From Squalus acanthias (Eukaryota), in assembly GCA_030390025.1 (NCBI GenBank), contig JASTWF010000070.1, positions 558,001 through 622,000 of the forward strand: DNA of 64,000 bases, given 5' to 3'. Shown one piece after another: positions 58,226 through 64,000 of this stretch; the stretch's first letter is position 1, and every line of letters begins with the position of its first letter. The notes under the pieces were generated by a model. The model was not told the origin of the DNA. It saw nothing but the letters and a program-made list of their open reading frames with translations, and ran no database searches. The position numbers were made by a program, and so were the translations under genes.

Positions 58226-61200
58226 CTGTGTGTGGGGGCAGAGAAAATTCATTAGTTTATGGAATCCGTCAGCAGTGGGACGCTCTGATCTGAAATCAAA
58301 GACGCCAAAGAACCCCGAACAACATTAACTTTAAAATAAATTACTGATTAATACAGGAGTTCCAATAAATTCTTAAATCTCTAAGTCGTCTGCTCCTCTG
58401 CCAATTCATCTGCCTACATGACAAAAGTGACTTGGTTCAAAAGTAATTCATTCTTTCTTTCTTTACTTCATTCTTCCGGAAATTTTTGTAAACTAAACAC
58501 AGAAAATGCTGGAAATACAGACCGGGTCAGTCAGCATGTGTGAGGCGGAAAGATTAGCAACTGACCAGTTCAGGTGCAGGTTACACCCCCGGAACCGCAC
58601 TAACCTGTCTGTTCCCGTTACAGACACTGACCGACCGGCCGTGTATTCTTAGCATTGTCTGTTTTTAATTAATTTTCTGCAATTGCAGTTTTTTTGCTTT
58701 TTACTTGAATATAATAAAGCGTTTGATTGTCTTAAAATCCGTTCAGTGTTAAGTTTAAAGTGGTGAAATCACGGAGCAGTGAACCCCTTTTCACCGAGAG
58801 TCCACATATGTTCTGATATCTCAAACTGATGCAGCCCTTTCAAAGAGCCGCCACAGGCACGATGGGCCGAATGGCCTCATTCTCTGCTGTATCATTCCAT
58901 AAGATTCCGGAGTTTTTTTTGCGATTCATATTATTTTGGAATTGCGAGTTAGAAACTGATCTGCTTTAAATGTTGCGGGGATGATAATTGAACCGGGACT
59001 GTTACCGGGTATTGAACAGCTCACTGAATAAAGAGAGGACATTGTACACGGGCTGGGAATTAATGTAGTGACTCTGCTTAGCAAAATTGTAAATGCTTTA
59101 CATAGAATTACACAGAATATGCAGCACAGAAACAGACAATCGTCCCAACCAATCCATGTCGGCGTTTATGCTCCACTCCAGCCTCCTTCCATCCTTCCAC
59201 ATCTAACTCTATCAGCATATCCCTCTATTCCCTTCTCCCTCATGTGCTTATCTAGCCTCCCCTTAAATCTATACTATTCTCCTCAATCAATCCGTGTTGT
59301 TGCGAATTCCACATTCTCACCACTCTCTGGGTAAAAAAAATCCCTATTTGATTTCTTGGTGTTGTCTTATATTGATGGCTGCTAGTTTTGATCTTCCCCA
59401 CCAGTGGAAACATTCTCCCTGTGTCTTCTCTATCAAAAAGTTTCATAATTTTAAAGACCTCTATTCGGTCACCCTTCAGCCTTCTCTTTCCCCGGTTTGA
59501 TGAAGGGTTTTCACTGTTCGATATTTCTAGTAAAAAAGGGAACCAAGGAATGTAAAAGATTCTCGCTACAGAGGCAAGTAAGAATTCCTGCGGGTGAACT
59601 GATTTCTATCTCGGGATCAGCTCAGTCTCGCTGTTCCCGGAGCGATCCGTTCAACACTGGGCGGTAGCGGGCCCGACAGTTCAACCCAGGAGAATCGGCG
59701 ATATCCCCCGGGGGGACACTGGACAGGGAGAGTCAGCAGACAGAGCTTGGGGGAGGGAGAGTGTCAGCAGCGAGAGAATCAGATAGAGAGAAAGTTCCCT
59801 TCAACAAGCATCACCCAGTCTCAATCACATACACGGTCAGTAATTGTCACTGCGCCGCTCCATGGTAAAGCGCCGGTTCTGCTCTATAAACAACGGGGAG
59901 ATTGCAAATAATGAGCTCAGACAGATTAAATATCTGAACAGGAAATTCAGGATAAAATCAGTCCCGTTAAACGAATACAATCCCGACTAGTTCCGGTGTT
60001 GCTGGCGACAGGGAGTCGATCCAACCGGTTGTGTGCTGGGACAGCGGGTCTCGGGAGGGTCCTCTCTCTCTCCCAGCCCAGAGCCGGACACCCGATGGCT
60101 GCGGTGAGGGGGACAATGCGCCACAGGAATAAAACCAGCAGCAACATTGAAAGTTGTAAATGACGGTAAATGGGTTGGGATTCCCCCGGGGGCTCTCCCG
60201 CCGGCTCCGAGCAATCTTTTTAAAATCGCGCGGTGCCGATTCTGGACAATAGGAATAATTCCACATGCACTAAGGGAATAAGTAAGGGACAGCATCGAAT
60301 CATACAGCACAGAAGGAGGCCGTTAGGCACATCGTGTCTGTGCCGGCTCTTTGAAAGAGCTCTCCAATTAGTCCCACTCCCCTGCTCTTTCCCCACAGCC
60401 CTGCAATTTTCTCCCCTTCAAGTCCCAGCGTAACATAGTGACATATCCAGTGTCCACTTGCGGAACTTCACAGTGTAGCTCACAACTTTCCTCTCTCTCT
60501 CTGTCTCTCTGTCTCTTGCTGCACCCGAATGCTACCAGGGCTTAGAGGGTTAAATTACGAGGACGGGTTGCATAAACTTGGCTTGTATTCCTTTAAGTTT
60601 AGAAGATTCAGAGGTGATCTGATCGAGGTGTTTAAAATGTGAAAAAGGATCCGATCAGGTAAACACAGATAAACGATTTCCTCCGGTCGGGGAATCAAGA
60701 ACCAGGGGACATCAACTTAAAATTAGAGCCCTGCCATTTAGGAGGGAAGGACTTTTTCACACAGACTCGTGTGGCTGAATGGCCTCCTCCTGTTCCTCTG
60801 TCACTATATTATGAATCAGTGCTCCTCTGAGGACATTCAGCCCATCGTGCTTGTCCCGGCTCTTTCAATAGAGCTATCCAATTATTCCCACTCCCCTGCT
60901 CTTTCGCTAAAGCTCCGCATTTATCCTTGTCTAGTATTTAACCAATTCACTTTTTTGAAAGTTACTATTGAATCTGCTTCCACCGCCCTTTCAGGCAGCG
61001 CGTTCCAGATCACAACAACACGCTGCTTAAAAAAATCGCCTCACGTAGGCTCTGATTTTTTTGCCAATTATCTTAACTCGTGTCCTTTGGTTACCGACCC
61101 TCCTGCCAGTGGAAACAGTTTCTGCTTATTTACTATTTCAAATCCATTCCTAATTTTTACACCTCTATTAAATCTCCCCTTAACCTTCTCTGCACTGAGG

Positions 61201-61707
61201 AGAACAATCCCAGCTTCTCCAGTCTCTCCACATAACTGAAGTCCCTCATCTCTGGAACCATTCCAGTAAATCTCCTCCGCACCCTCTCCAAAGACTTGAC
61301 ATCCTTCCTCAAGTGTTTTATCACAACCTATTTACTGTTTACGTTAATTTATAACTTCAAAGTATTTCTCCAATTCCCTTTTGAAAGTCACTATTGAATC
61401 TGCTTCCACCGCCCTTTCAGGCAGCGCATTCCAGATCACAACAACTCGCTGCGTAAAAAGAACACTTCTCCTCATCTGACCTATTGAATGGGAGCAGGGA
61501 ATCGTGTCAAACTTCATTTCAGCGCAGTATTATTCCCCGAGGCGCTTCAACAATTCAAATTCTGACCAGTTTAACATTTTTTGGGTATAAATAGATGCAA
61601 CATCAAAATTCACTGAATGGAGATTTCTCTGGCGACCGGAAAAGGAAGCGAAATTAAATTAATAATAATTGAAACAATGTGAATGATAGAATGAGAGAGT
61701 CACTTAC

Positions 61708-62061
61708 GCTTTATACTCAGGACGTTCCCCGATCCGAAGATGTATCCCGAGTCCCACACAGCACAGTAATAGACGGCGGAGTCACCGGGCACAAGGGTTC
61801 CGATGGTCAGAATGTAACTGTTACCGGAGGCGTCTCTGGAAGGTTGAAAACGGTCTGTGAAGCCGGTGCCTCGGAATATATTATTATTTGTTTCATATCT
61901 TACCACCCTCACCGGAGCTTCCCCGGGTCGCTGTCGGATCCAGTCCACATGCTTGCTGCCCACAGCCCCGTTCTCTATCGAACACTTTAACCGGGCGGTC
62001 TGAACCGCGGAGACTGGATTCGATATTGGGGACTGATTGAGAACGGGAGCCGCCAGGACAC
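61708..62061 (-). CDS. Ig light chain germline-joined VJ exon, copy C (intact)
   Basis: GVLAAPVLNQSPISNPVSAVQTARLKCSIENGAVGSKHVDWIRQ...DSAVYYCAVWDSGYIFGSGNVLSIK; both Cys, Trp, FGxG and splice sites intact. Confidence 0.94.
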
Positions 62062-62213
62062 CTTCAATAAAAGAAAAAAATCAACCCATTCAGAGACTTG
62101 GAACAAATAGGATATTAATGCTTCAATAAACATCGATAGAAAACCGCCCGATTCTCGGTATTGAACCGATTTAGTTGCGGATAAACCCGTGACTAAAACC
62201 ATCCGTCTCTCAC

Positions 62214-62262
62214 CTGCTAAATGGATCAGCAGAGCCCACAGGAGATGCATCGCTGGAGCCAT
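62214..62262 (-). CDS. Ig light chain leader exon, copy C
   Basis: MAPAMHLLWALLIHLA+G|GTGAG. Confidence 0.92.
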
Positions 62263-62378
62263 TTCCTCCGGAGAAGCGCCAACAGCAACCGCCCAAATTT
62301 CCGACTGAACCGTGCGCTGTTCCTGTAAATTCCGGGACCCGGTCCGGTTACAATGTCTGCAAACCCGAGACTCCGGGT

Positions 62379-62402
62379 CTATTTATTACCCGGTATGCAA
62401 AT
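62379..62402 (-). promoter_or_regulatory. Octamer plus TATA-like promoter, copy C
   Basis: atgcaaat at 62395-62402. Confidence 0.85.
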
Positions 62403-63469
62403 GGCTGGGAGGGGCCAGGAAAAGGAAGGAGGCAGATTTTTAATTCGGGATTTTTAAAATCTATTTGGGGCTGATTAAATTATTAAAATCTTAAACGTTT
62501 AATACACAAATGTTTAATCTCCAATTGGCCGTTCTGTTCAATGAATGTTCCAAGATTCCGAAGATTTTTGCGTTTAATGAATATTAAGTCTGTGTTCTAA
62601 CCCAGAAAAATGAGGGGCGGTTGTAGAGATACGGATCAGCTGATGCACTTCAGCCGGAATCGTTCTAATAACGCGCTGTTACTCTCTGATATACTGCAAC
62701 AGATTTTAAAATAATCTTTTCCCCCTAAAATTCATATTTCATAATAGACTAACGGCCCTTTCTCAAATCAGCAGCAAGACAACCCTGGATTTGTAAATCC
62801 CTTTAAAATTGGGGTTTCGATTGACAAATATGATTTGGGCTTCAGTCTGTAAATACATTTCTGATGAGAATATTCCTGAGGCGGAGTGAAGAGCGAATTA
62901 GATGAATGAGAAAGAGGGGAAGAAAGCGGCATTTTACACACTGCCCCCGATTAACGAGAAGTTGTTCAATTATACTCTGAGTCATCCCCTTTAAAACTCA
63001 GGAGGACAAATAAAACTCGGCACAATATTAATAAAATTACACCTTGCCTTTAATTTGCTGCGGGTCCGATTAATGCGCGCAGTTCCCGTTTTTAACCCTG
63101 TTCCAGTTGAATTATTAAGCGGCGGGGTCAGTTGTTTCTGGGGCTCTGTGATGTTGAACATTTCCCCTGTTTGGAGTCAATCCCTAACTCCCCACACTGA
63201 GTCTTGGTTAATGTTTTTAAAAATCAGATTGAAACTGGTTAGTGTCAGTTACTTAAAGGCGAAAGAACAACACAGCACATTATTAATAAATGGGTTGTCT
63301 CGAGATATTTGAGTCAAAGGATTCATATTTTTTGTTTAATAAATATTTGAATTGTGTAACTGTGAAGTTAGATATTCCCCTGTTCCTTAGTAAAACACAC
63401 AGAGGGGCCGGAGGGATTCTCGCCTCCTGGAGTAGCCGGCACTGAATTCGGGCAGCGATTGGTTCTCAC

Positions 63470-63715
63470 CTGGACAAGGGGCTTTTCGGTGAACCCCAGG
63501 TGCTTGGTTCTGTTTCTGCGCTTGAACTGATCACTGATTCCTCTGGTCTGTTAAAATTATTAAAGGGGCTTTGGCGCTGTGACTGGAGCTGCTCTCTCAA
63601 CCTTGCACAGGTCCCAAGAGCTTTGTCACTGTTGACAGTGACACGGCTGACTGGAGAACCAATCATCGCAGAGCACGGGCCGCACCGCGCACTGCACCTT
63701 GGGAACTGTAGTTCC
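63470..63715 (-). promoter_or_regulatory. Upstream ZNF143-type motif, CCAAT box and putative non-coding exon, copy C
   Basis: Motif at 63693-63715; donor CAG|GTGAG at 63470. Confidence 0.45.
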
Positions 63716-63719
63716 ACAT

Positions 63720-64000
63720 AGACAGTAACACATTCCATTCTGACGCAAAAACACAAAAGGGAAAGCGGCCCAACCTTGGCTAACAAAAGAAATTTAGTAT
63801 AGTATTAGGACCAAAGAGGAATCATATCAAGTTGCCAGAAGAATTAGCAAGCCTGAGGATGGGGAACAGGTTAGAATTCAGCAAAAAAAGGACCAAGAGA
63901 TTGATTGAGAGGGGAAAAATAGAATATGAGAGGAAACTTTCAAGGAACATAAAAGCGGACTGTAAAAGCTTCTACAATTATGTAAAAAGAAAAAAGATTA
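63720..64000 (+). mobile_element. CR1 LINE, same insertion as 4251-6340; runs off the window
   Basis: Same junction and sequence as in copy A. Confidence 0.85.

Overview
This is vertebrate, not prokaryotic, DNA. The Ig sequences and repeat families point to a cartilaginous fish (shark); the species cannot be named from the sequence. The window holds three ~8-kb duplicated Ig light-chain clusters on the minus strand, resembling the elasmobranch sigma-cart (type I/NS5) isotype. Each runs octamer promoter, leader, germline-joined VJ, C. Copy A (2.2-2.9 kb; C exon beyond the left edge) has lost its V splice acceptor and Cys23. Copy B (40.0-44.3 kb) is open but has Cys104->Phe. Copy C (57.9-62.4 kb) looks intact. 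Between A and B lies a cluster of non-rearranging antigen-receptor-like genes that the ORF track shows only in pieces, with the layout leader-VJ-C1-TM-cytoplasmic tyrosine motif (PRARP/VJC1-like). Gene X (+, 15236-22811) carries an ITIM (ILYASL). Gene Y (-, 27936-33322) carries an ITSM-like motif (TLYAHL). A decayed third paralog Z (+, ~33681-35910) sits head-to-head with Y. X and Y carry only one or two point lesions. The rest is repeat-rich: CR1 and L2 LINE fragments, tRNA-headed SINEs, a Harbinger relic, Penelope-type fragments, and a young full-length Ty3/Gypsy element (52462-57074). That element has an 11-nt self-complementary primer site and a nested hammerhead-like insert. There are three assembly gaps. 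Gene models were spliced by eye, and family assignments come from recalled motifs, not database searches.
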